Shown: one piece after another, positions 50,186 to 63,109 of the stretch
How the letters are laid out: each line of letters opens with the position of its first letter
Numbering within the stretch: position 1 is the first letter of the stretch
Assembly: GCA_013239625.1 (NCBI GenBank)
Contig: MU056029.1
Span: 186,001 to 250,000, forward strand
Length of the DNA stretch: 64,000 nt
Origin: Lama guanicoe
Taxonomy: Eukaryota
Direction: 5' to 3'
The notes under the pieces: model-generated
What the model was told of the DNA's origin: nothing
Database searches by the model: none
The model's input: only the letters and a program-made list of their open reading frames with translations
Translations under genes and position numbers: made by a program

Positions 50186-52480
50186 AAAGTATCTTCCTTT
50201 CTCTTTTTTGACCTCTCTGTTGGTGGTTACCTCAAGGTTTGTGTACAACAGCCTACGTATATAGGTGATTATTTTAAGTTGATGGTCTCTTAAGTTTGAA
50301 TGCATTCTAACAACCTTACATTTTTTACTCCCCATCTCTATTTAGTGCTTCTGATGTCATATTGTATATCTTTGTGTTTTCTAGATATAGATGATTTTAC
50401 TCCCTTTGTCTTTTAGTCTTCCTACTACTTTTCTTTTCTTTTTTTTTTTAACTGTATGTTTGCTTTATCAGTGACTTCTTTCACAGCTTTTATATTTCCA
50501 GTTGTAGGCTTCTTTTCTGCTTAAAGAAGTTCCTTTAACATTTTTTGTAAATTCAGTTTTGGGGTGCTGAACTCTTTCAGCTTGTTTCTCTGTTAAACTC
50601 TTTATTTCTCCTTCAAATCTGAATGATAACTGTACTGGGTAGAGTATTCTTGATTGTACGGTTTTATTTTTTCCCCCTTTCATCACTTTGAATATATCAT
50701 GTCACTCTCTTCTCGCCTGCAAAGTTTCTGCTGAGAAGTCATGTGATAGTCTTAGGGGGGTTCCCTTGTCCATAACTCATTGCATTTCTCTTGCTGCTTT
50801 TGAGATTCTCTCTTTGTCTTTATTTTTTGTCATTTTAATGTTAATGTATCTTGATGTGGACCTCCTTGGTTTATCTTGATTGGGAATCTCTGTGTTTCCT
50901 GAACTTAGGTGTCTATTCCTACAGGTTAGAAAATTTTTCAGCCATTGTTTCTCCAAATAAGTTCTCTGCCTCTTTCTCTTTCTTTTCTCCTTCTGGGAAT
51001 ATAATATAATGTGAGTGTTAGTATGCTTGATGTTGCTCCAGAAGTCTCTTAAAGTATCCTCATTAAAAAAATTTTTTTCTCTTTTCTGAAAAAAATTTTT
51101 TTCATCTTGAGTGATTTCCACTACTTTGTCTTCCGGTTTGTTGAACAGCTTTATGATCATTATCTTGAGCCCTTAATGGGTATGTTGCTTATCTCCATTT
51201 TGTTTAATTCTTTTTTTTTAAGGTCTTATTTTATTTATTTTATTTTTAAATTTTATTTTATTGAGTTATCGTCAGTTTACAACTTTGTGTCAATTTCTAG
51301 CATAGAGCACAATTTTTCAGTTATACATGAACATACACATATTCATTGTCACATTCTTTCTCACCTTGAGCTCCCCGTTTAATTCTTTTTCTGAGGTTTT
51401 GTTTCTTCATCTCGCCCAATTCTCTGTGTTTATTTCTACATATCAGGTTAGCCGGTTATGTTTTCCAGTTTTGGAGAGGTGCCTTTAAGTAGGAGACATC
51501 CTATGGGGCTCAGGAGTATGCTCCTCTCTGGCCGCCAAACTGTATGCTGTAGGATGCTCCCTGTGTGGGCTGCAGGCCCCTTCTGTGGAGGCAGGGCTGG
51601 GTACCATGGGCACACCGGTAGGTGGGGCTTGCTACTCACCTGCTTGGCAGTGAGACTATGCCTCGTGTGATGGCTGCAGGCCTGCTGGAGGGTGCAATGG
51701 ACTTCCCGTGTAGTTGGCTGTGTGGCCCAGGGGACATAGGGCTTTTGGTGACCTGATGGTAAGCAAGGCTGTGTCTGCACATGGCTGTCTGCTTGACTTG
51801 GGTGGGACAGGGGGAGCTCTGGTGCTGGCCCATTGGAGAGTGGCTTTGGGCTCCCTGGCCTGTGTGGCCCAGGGGGGCTTGGGCCTGGGGCAGCCTGCTG
51901 ATGGGCAGGTAAGCCCCTGGAGCTTGAGGGAGGTGCTTACCAGTGATGATCTTATTGTAGTAGGGTGAGCTCCCCAAAATGCCTGCTGCCTCCCCAGAAA
52001 GCTCTCCAAGGTCAGCAAGTGGGCCTGACCCATGCTCCTTTCAAAGCATTGCCTCTGTCCTGGGACCTGGAGTACGTGAGAATTTGCACATGATCTCTAA
52101 GAGCAGAGTCTCTGTTTCCTGTGGCTCTCTGAATCTCCCAAACACACGCCCCACTGGTTTTCAAAGCCTTATCTCCCCAGTGCAGGACCCCTGGGCTGGG
52201 GAGTCTGATGTGGGGCGCTGACCCCTTGCTCTTTGGGCAGAACCTCTACATTGTGATGCTCCTCCCATTTGTGGGTCACTGACCCAGGGGTGTGGGTCCT
52301 GACAATGCACGTCTCTATCCCTCCTACTTATCTTGATGTGGTACCTTCTTTATAACTTCAGTTGTGGAAAATTGTTCTGCTAGTCATCAGGGTGTTCTCA
52401 CTGATAGCTGCTCTGTACCTAGTTGTAATTTGGGTGTGTCTTTGGGAGGAGGTGAGTTCAGGGTCTTCCTCCTGCATCTT
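50186..52480 (-). mobile_element. LINE-1 5' UTR and ORF1 (antisense), degenerate
   Basis: ORF track shows ORF1p motifs EDTLRDFWSNIKHTN, PRRSTSRYINIKMTKNKDKERISKAARE and RILYPVQLSFRFEGEIKSL; GC-richer 5' UTR at 51430-52480. Confidence 0.85.
51216..51376 (-). mobile_element. Young L1 3' tail with 14-bp TSD, nested in L1 ORF1
   Basis: TSD gtttaattcttttt at 51202-51215 and 51377-51390. Confidence 0.88.
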
Positions 52481-53046
52481 TGAAAACAACCTGGGGTACA
52501 TTCTTCAGAGCAGAGGTTCCCTCCAACCTCTTATCTTTGCTGCACTGAGATCATGGGAATTTTTAGCCAAAAGCTAGAAGCCAAGGTAGCCAGAGCCTGC
52601 AGTTAGCACCTGACTGCCCATTCCAGGATTGCATCACAACAACCTATAACCCCCAAAGGTCCCTCTACAATCAGCTGCCCATCATACTTGCTCACCCTTC
52701 AGATCTCTGGAAAAAGCAACTTCTTGTCCAAAGTGGAAACTCTTGTTCTTGATACAGAATCCTTCCTGAATCCTATGAGAAAGGAGTCTTTATTTTTTTT
52801 TTAAAGATCCCGTTTCCTTGGCGTTCACACATATGTCTTTTCCTATTTGAATTTTAACAACATCCTACTCACAGGCAGGTAGGGAAAAGCCCATAATCTG
52901 ATCCTATCTCAGAGGCACTGGGCTCAGCGTGTGATCAGAGAGAAATGTAAGTGGATTAGTGACCATCTTTGTTTCCATGGTTACCAGACCCTACTGTTGG
53001 GAAAGGTTCACTGCTCCTCATCCTGTGGCACCTAACGCTTTGTTAG

Positions 53047-53165
53047 TACAATCATTCCTCCGTGTATGCAGAGGATTGGCTCCAGGAAACCCCACAGATA
53101 TCAAAATCCATGAATGGTCAAGTCCCCTTCAGTTGGCCCTCTTTATCTGTGGGCTCTGTATCTCG
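53047..53165 (-). mobile_element. MER2/Tigger2-like fragment
   Basis: gaggattggctccaggaaaccccacagatatcaaaatccatgaatggtcaagtccc is the reverse complement of the MITE 3' end. Confidence 0.65.
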
Positions 53166-53504
53166 TAAACACCTACAGGATACAGACTGTATCAGCTTTC
53201 CCCATAATATACTCAAAATTCTCCAGTTATACTCCAGGGGTTTTTTTCGGAGCAGCTCTAAGGACTACAAAGACTTCCTAAAAGAATGCATTTGATGTGA
53301 TCATTGTTCGCTAAGTATCTGGCATATTTCCTGTCTTGGAAGAAACACCCTCTTCCTCCTTCAGTAAAGAAGTAAGGTGAGCAGCCTCCTCTGCTCAGGG
53401 AGTGAGGAATAGCTTATTTGCTGTGGATCCCAGTTTCCTTGCTCTTATCACAGGACGGCAGTCTCCTGCCTGTGGTTTTTGTGACCACTGATGATGGCAC
53501 AGTA

Positions 53505-53830
53505 AGGGGTGATGATTGAGAATCTAGGCCTTCAAATTAGACAGATCTGGCTTGAAATCCTGGCTCAAATCCTGCATTTTCCACTGACTCACTCTCTGAA
53601 CCCGACAAGCTCCTGGATAGATCTGTGCCTTAGTTTGCTCAGCTGTGGAATGGGAAGAGTAATTAATGCCTACCGCTCAGGGTGGAGTAAAGAGTGAGAC
53701 ATGTCATAACTGGGACATTGTACTGGACACCAGAAACTGATGCAGTGTGACTGACTGTACTTCAATTAAAAACAAAAAAGAGTGAGATATGTCAAGGCCA
53801 GTGGGGTGCACGGTCAACAGTCACACATGC
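53505..53830 (+). mobile_element. MIR containing a 70-bp L1 tail (53707-53776)
   Basis: MIR core ctgtgccttagtttgctcagctgtggaatggg. The insert is flanked by an 18-bp TSD aaagagtgaga(c/t)atgtca at 53689-53706 and 53777-53794. Confidence 0.8.
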
Positions 53831-54845
53831 TGGCACTCATTTTGCGGCTTTTACTTTGGGTGGGTATGGGGAGAGGTGCAGAGTGCAAATGACAGAATCC
53901 CAAAGGAAATCTTCAGTTGGTATAATTAATGAAAATGCAAGTTCAATATTTGAGCAGAGATAAGAAATTTATGGGCATGGATACTGCAGCTCTGATCACA
54001 TAACCTATGTATGTTGTAAGAGGCAGCATTTCTTTTACTTAAAGCCCTATGCGCTCAATTTGCATTCAGAGACAGGTTGTGAAATCATCCAGACCCATTG
54101 CAAACAAGAAATCGAGATGCCAGCAAGGCCAGTGTTTTTGTGAGAATGTTAGGCTATTAATCATGAAATAGCAAAACAGAGCACTTTTATTTATAGCAAG
54201 CTGTTGCTAAGCAGATAATAAAGACCCCTTTCAGAACTCTCATTTTTTTCCCCACCTGGCTTGTACAATGGTTTTTCATGTGAAATAAAAACCCCATATG
54301 TGCATGGGCCCTGAGTATTTGTGGTTTTCAGACCACGACCCTTGGCATCAACCAGCCCCTGCAGAACGGGGCATGAGCCATGGAGAAACCCTGTGAGGAG
54401 AGGCCAGGCTGCAGGTGACCCCCTTTAACAGTGGCTGTGTACGTGAAGTCCCTTCAGGTTGGAAATGAGTGAGCGGAGGGGAAAGCCCAGGTGAGCGCCT
54501 GCAGCTTCCTCTGCTGGATGACTGAGAGGTCCCAGGTGTCCTCCTGCTGGGCTGGGCAGGGCTCATGGTCATCATTTAATCAGACTTGCCTTTCCTGGCC
54601 CCTCTAGAGTTGGATGCTGCCTCCTCCCAAGAAATGTGTGGGGAGCTGCCAGTTCATGAGAGCTCAGTGTTTTGCAGTCCCTGCTACAATGATCTCCAAG
54701 ATTTTTGAAGTCCAAGGTCGAAGGTTTTTGAAGTCCAAGTTCAGAGCTTTTGCAGTTTCTGGATAAAGCAGGCACTTAAAGATTTGCGGAATTCAGGAAT
54801 GACTTTATGCATGTCTCTAAACCTGTCCTCTAGCAAATAGAAGAT

Positions 54846-55082
54846 ATGGTAGGCTGAAAAATTGGCCCCCAAAGATATCCACATCTTAATCCTTGAAATT
54901 TGTACATATTAGCTTTTTTGGGGAAAGGGTCTTTGGAGATGTGATTAAGTTAAGGATCCTGAGATGGGAAGATGGTTGCAGACTATGAGGAGGACCCCAA
55001 GTTCAGTTATGATTTAACTACAAACAGAAGAGGAGAAAGTGACATGGAAAGGGAGGCAGGCATTGGGGTAATGCAGTCACAG
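54846..55082 (+). mobile_element. MaLR LTR 5' part (MLT1C/D-like)
   Basis: tggtaggctgaaaattggcccccaaagatatccacatcttaatcc...ggtctttggagatgtgattaagttaaggatcctgagatggg. Confidence 0.8.
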
Positions 55083-55121
55083 CCTAAATGTCCGCTTAAA
55101 GATGACTGTACAAAGAAAATG

Positions 55122-55154
<33 letters not shown>

Positions 55155-55625
55155 AATATTACTCAGCCATTAAAAAGAATGAAGAATGCCATCTGCAGCA
55201 GCATGAATGGATCTACAGATTATTATATTGAGTGAAGTAAGTCAGACAGAGAAAGACAAATATCATGTGATATCACTTACATGTGGAATCTAAAACAAAA
55301 TAATAATACAAATTCTACTTATAAATGAAAAACAGACTCGTGGACATAGAAAATAAACTATGGTTACCAAAGGGAAAGGGTGAGGAAGGATATGTTAAGG
55401 GCTGGGATTAACAGACACACACTACTGTGTATAAAATAGATAAACAACAAGGACATACTGTAGAGCACAGGAAATTACATTCAATTTCTTGTAATAAATT
55501 ATAATTGAAAAGAATCTGAAAAGAAAAAATATATATGTATGTTTATGTATAATTGAATCACTTTGCTGTATACCTGAAACTAACATTGTAAATTGACTAC
55601 AATTGACTTCAATAAAAACATTTAA
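55083..55625 (+). mobile_element. L1 3' end with internal (CA)n
   Basis: ggaatattactcagccattaaaaagaatgaa...cagacagagaaagacaaatatca...gctgtatacctgaaactaacattgtaaat. Confidence 0.88.
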
Positions 55626-56469
55626 ATATATATACATCCAGTCATTTTGACACATAACTGATCATTCACACCACACAGCTCCTTTGGTTCAGTTAAAACT
55701 TTATTTTGGGAGATCTTCCCATACATGTATGTAGATATTTCCTCATTCTTTTTAAAAAAATTGTGTAAAAATTTCATTGTATGGATATATTACAACTTGT
55801 TTAATTGGTCCAAAATGGTGAATTATTAAGGTAACTGAATATGCTTTTGTTTTGACAAGGACAGGATGACTTTAAACTGTACCTATAAGAGCACAGAATA
55901 TTTTTCTTTCCCTAGATTATAGCCAATGATTGTGATCGCCTTCAAAGGCAGCATGGTTAATGGAGAGGTTGGGTCCTTCCTAGTAACTGTGGGATTGGGG
56001 AGCAGTCTGGGAGGTGCCTTCTCTTTTTGCTCCTGGACTCTCGTGCCAGGGACAAGCATCAAGGTTGTTTGTTCATTCATCCCTTTGTTCAACCAGCGAG
56101 TTTCAGAGCCACCGATGTTCCCAGAGCTGTGCCAACATTCTGCAGGTGCCAAAGGTGAGCACTGCAAAGCAGCTTGCCTCCCAGGAGCTTGCGGCCGAGC
56201 AGTGCGCTGCTGATAGCCCCTCGCCAGACGGAGTGGTGTCTGTGGGCAGGCGCTGCTCTAGAATACTCTGCTTCCACTGCTTCAGCCAGCGCTTCTGTTA
56301 CTGTTATCCCCTGCTTCAGGTAAGAAACTTGGGGCAGAGAGTGAGAAAGCTCAAGTCACCTACTAGAGGTCTCAGTGCTAGGAAGTGGCCAAGCCAGCGT
56401 TTAACCTCAGTTGGAGGACACCCGAACCACCCACACTCTCAACTCGTAGAGACAAATACTTTGACATCT

Positions 56470-57590
56470 ATTGGTGCATTACAACCACCCCCAAACTCAG
56501 GAGCTAAAACCCACAGCAGTGGTGCTTTTGCTCCTGATCCTGCAATTTGGACAGTCCCTGGTGAGGACAGCTCACCTCTTCCCCTTGTAGTGAGCGTCTG
56601 CTTGGGCTGGACCGTCCAAGATGGATTTTTAACTCATGTGTGTCTGGAGCCTCAGCTGGGTGTTTGGAACATGGGGCCTGGCTGGCCGTTTCTCCATATG
56701 GCTCCATCAACATAAATAATCAATAAAAAATCAATAAGAAGGAGAGGAAAGAGTTTTATTTGAGCCAAACTGAAGATGAGCCAGGAAGCCTGCATCCCAG
56801 ATGACTCCGAGCTGAGGCGCTGCTCCAGAGAAGTATGGTTTCCAGCACAGTTTTAAATCTTGTCAGAGCAAAGAAACACGAACAAGTCAGGGATACATTC
56901 CTTTCAAAAACAAACAAATGGACAAACAGCCCAGCACATACATGTACAATATGTGCAGGACGGCCTTGGCACGGGGGACTGGTCTTGTCATCCAAGGAGG
57001 CCCAGCACTGGTGTCCTGGGAAGAGAAGCATTTAATCTTTATTTTTTAACATGGACATCCTTTACTTCTGGTCAGTGTGCCCTTTTCTTTAATAATGAAA
57101 ACAGATGTACGATGTATGCTTGATAGGCCACAAACAGGCTGTTCTAGTTAGCATCAAGTTCAAGTTAACTCATGTACAAGCCAGAATGGCTTCCCTATGT
57201 CTCCAGATGTGAAAATTGCTTTTATCAGTGCCTTCACATGACAAGTTGGCTTCCTCATAGTACAGTGGTCTCAGGCTCGTTGGCCGCCTCCCATAGCAGC
57301 TGACTTTTCTCAGAGCAGAAAAGCAGAAGCTGCCATCCCCCCCCCCTTCTTTTTTTGCCATTCCCTGTTAATTCCGGGATTTGGAAATTTAAGAACATCA
57401 TTTCCAGTGATTTCCTTGGTCAAAACGATTACAAGGCCGGGTAAGATTCAAAGGGGGATGAAGAGAGAAAAAAAAAAAAAACAACTCTGTCTCTCAACGA
57501 GCGAAAGTCAAGGCCACACTGCAAAAGAGCATGTAAGATGAGAGCTATTATCATGGGAACCTCTGGAAACACAGTCCACCAGAGGCGATT
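56470..57590 (-). mobile_element. MaLR LTR (MLT1-like) split by an ERV LTR
   Basis: acaaccacccccaaactcag...ctgcaatttgg...tccaagatgg; resumes at ~57230 with gttggcttcctcatagtacagtggtctcagg...gcagaagctgcca...agattcaaagggg. Confidence 0.65.
56710..57227 (-). mobile_element. ERV solo LTR nested in MaLR
   Basis: The minus strand starts TGATAAAAG at 57227; AATAAA (tttatt at ~56755) and a TATA-like site lie in LTR order. Confidence 0.65.
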
Positions 57591-58129
57591 AGCCGTATCC
57601 ATAGACAGGAGAAGAAAGGAGTAAATGCTCAAAAAGGGTAGAGTTGGGGAAATTGACAGATGACTTCCAGTGTGCCAAGTCAGAGACAGAGACCCACAGA
57701 GGGCACATTTAAATTGGTTTGGTGGGTAGGCAGCATCAGACAGGTGCACGTGAGAAGAAAGAGGTCCCAGGAGCACAGTGTGAGCAAGGGCCAGAGGTGG
57801 GAGAGTGGTGTGTGCATGCGTGTGCGTGTGTGCTCGCAGGAACCCTGTGCCACCGTGTTTGAGCATGGGGCATGGGGAGGGGTGTTGTGGGAGATGGACA
57901 AAGGAAGGCAGGGGGCGGAGCCAAGCCAGCAGGGCGCTGCTTTTTAAAGGAGCAAGGAGTATGGAGACAGGAGTAAGTCACCGAAAGGGTTACTTTGGCA
58001 AATCAATGAACAGACTGAAGAGAAGAAAGCAATTAGGAGGCCAAAGTTAGCAGCCTTGATGTCCGGGGAGAGATAATGGGCATAACTGGTCATCATCGAA
58101 AGTGCCAGAAGAAAGGCAGGCTTGAAGAT

Positions 58130-58560
58130 TTGTTTTTAATTGAAGTATAGTTGATTTACAATATTATCTGGCTTCAAGTGTACAACACAGTGATTCAATA
58201 TTTTTATAGATTATCCTCCATTTAAAGTTATTATAAAATATTTGCTATAGTCCTTATACTGTGCAATACACCCTTGTAGCTTATTTTTTAAATGTTTTTC
58301 AAATTTTTCTAATTTTATTTTATTATCATTTATTTTTAAGGAGGGGAGGTAATTAAGTTTGTTTATGTATTTTTTGATGGGCGAACTGGGGATTGAACCC
58401 AGGACCTCCTGCATGCTAAGCACACACTCTACCACTGGGCTGTCCCCTCCCCGCTTGTAGCTTATTTATTTCATACACAGTAGCTTGTACCTAATAATCC
58501 CTTACTCCTACCTTGCCCCTCCCCTCTTCCTTCCTCCCAGTGGTAACCACTAGTTTGTTC
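58130..58560 (-). mobile_element. L1 3' end (antisense) containing a SINE
   Basis: ttttaattgaagtatagttgatttacaatatta...cagtggtaaccactagtttgttct. Confidence 0.88.
58287..58453 (-). mobile_element. Vic-1-like SINE with 14-bp TSD
   Basis: TSD cttgtagcttattt at 58273-58286 and 58454-58467; ggggattgaacccaggacctcctgcatgctaagc. Confidence 0.92.
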
Positions 58561-58978
58561 TGGATACCTGGAAGATAGTTTAAAGCGTGTGTGCTTATGT
58601 ATGTGCTTGTGTGCTTGTGTGTGTGTGTGTGTGTGTGTGTGTAGTTCGATCAAAAGATCTAGTGAGAAGAGGGTTGAAGAGCTGTAGGTTGGTCTATTTT
58701 TAAGCACAAGATCAAAGGTGGAGCAGAGATCCTGATGAGACCAGCTTTCTCTGGCATCAGGAGAACAGGCCCAGATGAGCGGCCAGGGGTGGCAAACACA
58801 AGTGGAGAAGGAGGCAGGACTCACTCCTCTCCCGCAAAGGGCGCTGGGAAGGCTTCCTCTTCGAGGGCTGCCCTTGGCCTGGAGATGAGCTCTGAGTGGG
58901 CTCCTCCCCTCCCCCGGCCAACCCAGCGCCCTCCCGAGGCCCCTCCCAGCCCCGTGTCCGTGCTGCCCCTGTCGCGTG

Positions 58979-59019
58979 GGCACAGCTGCGGGGGCGGCGG
59001 CACAGCTGCGGGGGCGGCG
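58979..59019. repeat. 20-bp GC-rich tandem repeat x2
   Basis: ggcacagctgcgggggcggc occurs twice head-to-tail. Confidence 0.95.
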
Positions 59020-60424
59020 TCCCAGCAGTGATGGGAAGGCGATGCCAATGAGCAGATGGGGTGTGGCTGGGGTTGTGGTGAGCAGAGCCTGCTCTGGTGG
59101 TGGTTGTTGAGCGGGGCCTCCTTTTTTGTCCTGTGGTCATCACAGCCCTGACAGGGGCTGGATCTGCTCCCCTGCTGCTGGAGTCTAGGCTTCTAGACCC
59201 GTTTCTGAGCTGTGGTGTCAGCGGGGTTGGAACGCTTCAGCTGGGAAGAAGGGTAGGCAGGAGATGTGCACTGGGAGGTGCCCTCTGTGGTGTCGTCTGT
59301 CACTGGTCATGGGGCTTACAGAGTATTCTTTGAGGCTGCCTTTGTCCCCACCTTTGCTGTAGGAATATCAGCCACCTGCTCTGGTGTCCCCCAGGTTCTG
59401 GGCCCCTGGAACCCCCAGTGCAGATCTCCCAACGTCAGACGCTAGGACTTACTGTAGTAAGTGTGTAGTCATGTACCTGGATCCGCGGTGTGCCACGGGG
59501 TCAGCAGAGACCCCAGCCCTGCCTCTGTGCATGCCGACCTGTTTTAAATACCCATACTCACCCCTGCCGTGGGCCAGATCTCCATTCACTGCTTATTCAT
59601 CCCAGAGGCACAGGTGCACAAAGACACCAGCTGAGCAAACCCACCCTCACTGCTTGGGGCTAGAAACACATCTCAGTCCACCCTGTGAAGCTGCAGGGCC
59701 CCTGGGTGTGGATTCAGCTTTCATCCGGCTTCAGGTTTTTGAAGGCACAGCCTTATTCCTGCTTAAGTCTTTTCTCCCAGACTCCAGAAGACATAAGCCA
59801 TCCATGTGCTCACCTTGGTGCCAAGCACTTGGCAAAGGATGGGGAAGATGAAGCCTCTTCCTGCCGCCATGCGATAGAAACATCTCAGCATCCTCACAGG
59901 AAGGCGCTTCCTCTCTTCTCTCCCTTCAGTTGCGGTCATTCCCAGCCAACAGAAAGGATTCCTACTAGCAGAACTGGTTTCAGAATCACTTAGTAAATTC
60001 AGCTTCGGCACTTTAGCACCTCAGCCTCGCTTGTGAGGGTATTTGCCATCCATTCTATTTTCTTCAGCTGGAACAAAGACAAAAGCAGTTCTAGTTTAAA
60101 CCACGTTACAGAAGCATGTATATCTCTATCCATTATTTAAAATTTTACTCAATCAAGATTATATCAGATATTGCTGGCCTTGTGCCAGTGGAATTCGCAT
60201 CTGGAAAGCCCCACCCAGCATCCCCTTCGCCCCTAACCCAGCTGCCTTTTCTGTTGTCCCCACTGCTCAGGACTGCGTCCTTCCCATCTCTTGTCGTGTT
60301 TCCATCATTTCCAACTGCGCACCATGTTGGCTGTGGTGCTCTCTCTCAGCAGGTATACAGAGGTTTCCTACGTCACACAACTTGCTGAGGTTTTCTTTGC
60401 AGTCACACAAAGTGCAATGTTTGA

Positions 60425-60850
60425 GTGGTGGTGATGGTGGAAATGGTAGCACTGGTGGTGGAGAGGTGGGTGGAAGTGGTGGCGTTTGAAGTGTTGGTGG
60501 TAGAGGTGGGGGAGGTGGGGGAGGTGGGGGAGGTGAAAGATACAGAGGTAGAGGTGATGATGGTGGTGGAGGTGGAGATGGTACAGCTGGAGGTGGCGGT
60601 GTTGGTGGAAGTCAAGATGGTGGAGGTGGTGGTGGAAGTGGTGTTTGCTTTTTTTTTTAACTGGTGAACTTTTTATTAAATCCACAAAAGTAAAAACCAT
60701 ACTGTGAGGGGCTAGGATGTGGACCACCAAGGAGTGGGAGCCAGGCCACTAGAGGGAGGAGGAGGAACAGGAGAGGGAGGAGGGGTGACGGGATAGGAGG
60801 GAGGTGATAGGGTCAGCGGAGGCGGAGGTCAAAGTGATGGCGGTGGTGAA
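60425..60850. repeat. Degenerate (GGT/GGA)n low-complexity repeat
   Basis: Directly visible; explains the Val/Glu-, His- and Thr-rich ORFs in the track. Confidence 0.92.
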
Positions 60851-63109
60851 AGCGTGACTTCTGCAGAATAAACACGAAGCAACCCTGAAGGGATCCTCTA
60901 TGCTCTAGGGAATGGATTTCCACGGAACACAGTCTCTGCTGAGTTTGAGCTCATGGTAAAACAATTACGAACTGTAGTAGGAAATGAATTATAAGAAGGA
61001 GAGTCAGCAGACACACGAATGGGAGAATTTGCATCACAATACCCAGATTTAAGTAAAAGAGACCTGGGAAGGAGAGACTTGAGATCATGGAAAGAGAGAA
61101 TGTTTTTAAAAGAATACACTTTGTCCTGAACAGAACGAATAAAAACAAATCCACACCTAGATATATCATAATGAAATTTCCAAAATTACAACATAGAGAC
61201 AAGCATGCAAGCCAGAGTGATACATGACAGATTGGTGAAAGGCAGCAGGTGGGCAGCTGGCTGGTGGCTTCTCAAGGGCTGAGGCTCTTAGAAGATCAGC
61301 AACTGGGGATTCAAGAAGAGAAACAGAATCCTACCTTACAGGTGCTGGGGGAAGCTGACTGCTGGGCACAGAAGGTATTTTCAGGCACAGACATTTTTCC
61401 AGTGTAAACACTCGCCAAGGTCTCCCCATTAATATAAAAAATAGCTATAGTTTGAACTTCAGCAAATAAAAAACAAATTAATCTGGAAGGGGAATAGCGA
61501 ACCACTGAACACAGTCATGAAGGAAGAACTCCACAAAACTCTGGAAAATCCAGAACTGTATTAATTCTAAATAATAACATGAACAACTGGTCAGGGTAGA
61601 TTTTTTGACAAGTGGTAGAACTAAAATATTGGGAAATGGTAAATATAGAAGATGACAGGGATTGATAGGGAACAAAGTCTGAGAGTCTTCATTCCGTGGG
61701 ACCAGAATAGAGATATCTATTAGCTTTCAGCTGTGGCAAACAATCATGTTAAGAAATTAAAAATAATCTCTCAAAGGATAGAAACGGGATACGTAACTTC
61801 CAAACCCGCTGGAGTAACATGGAAACAAAGAAAAGTCATTAATCAAATGGAAAGCAGGGAAAGAGGTGGGCAAGGGAGCCAAGAAGACGCTGGGAAGTAA
61901 ACACAGAAGTGAGAGATGGCCATCGCTCCAGGGGGGCAGTGGCAAGGCCAGGGGAAGGCCGTCTCCTGCGGCACCTGGGTTAGCCCCACTTCAGCATTAC
62001 AGAGTGGTCCTGGAGCCTCACAGGGAGGGACAGGGGACTGGGAGGAAAGGCCCGGGGGACACCCCAATGAGCAGATTCATGGGTCCACCGTGTTGGGTTT
62101 GACTCCTGCCTCCACTCAGCAAAACTGCCCTTTCTTGTAGCTCTTAGTCCTAACCCGAAAACTGCTCTTTATTGTCTCTGGGCATCTCTGCAGGGCCCTC
62201 AGGGTCCAGTCTGTTGCTGGGTCCACCATCAGCTTAGCCTGGTCTGACCTGAGAGAGCGTGGGATACGTTTTCCATTTTTCAGGGGAAACGAGCCACACA
62301 TAGTATAAACTTACTGTCTATTCTCTGCTCATCTGTGCTCCAGGTGCTTCCTGGGGGTTGCACCACCCCTGGAGTTTCAGAAATAAATGTATGCTAAAAG
62401 TGGACAAAAAGCAAAGAGTGATAGGGTCTTTGGTGCCTGGGAGAGAAATGGATTCCTGTCTGCTCACATTTTCAAGTAGTTATAGAATTTAAAACCTGCT
62501 CTTTAAAACCCATGAACTCCATAACCCGGATAAGGCCCAACCTGTTCTTATTTTAGGATGCTATTTGAAATCTGTTCCATTAAAGGATAAAGCTTTTGCT
62601 TCCTCGCTGGGTCCATTTCATCTTATCTGTTTGTTTCTTTCCTTTGCAAAGAGCCAAAGCAAAGGCAGGAATAAGCACTCCTCTGCCTGACCCTTTTTTC
62701 TTGCATAGCAAAAGATCATTCTTACAAGCCTGGAGTGAGAAGAAAAGAAATCGGTCCTTCAGTGGAACTAGGCTGAGCTCCTGGGGCGAACCCCCTCCCC
62801 AGGTTGGATTTAAAGATACCGTCTTGACAAACCTCTGTAGGATCTGACCGATCCGCCGAAGTTACTAAGGGCACATAGTCTTGGGGGGATTTGGTATTTA
62901 TGCACTGGAGGGGGCTCTACATGCAGCCCCCCCATTAAGCAAGTCCACATGAACCCCGCTGGCCTTCCCCATGCACCTGCCTGACAGCAGGACTCAGCCA
63001 TTGCCTCTTTCCCCACAGACAGCCCACAAGTTTCTTCCCCATAAACCTTAAATGTCTTTCTTGCAAGCCCTTTTCCCTCCCTCCCTCCCTTCCTTCCTTT
63101 CCTTCTTTC

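Noticed and set aside
56014..56715. Longest ORF (233 aa) as a gene
   Set aside because: Non-ATG start; it runs through MIR-like and MaLR sequence and has no recognisable domain.
2483..58453. tRNA-Ala-like sequences as tRNA genes
   Set aside because: They have A-rich tails, TSDs, SINE-specific 3' sequence and broken stems; they are SINEs.
60368..60730. His-, Thr- or Val/Glu-rich ORFs (mucin-like)
   Set aside because: They are translations of a degenerate GGT/GGA simple repeat.
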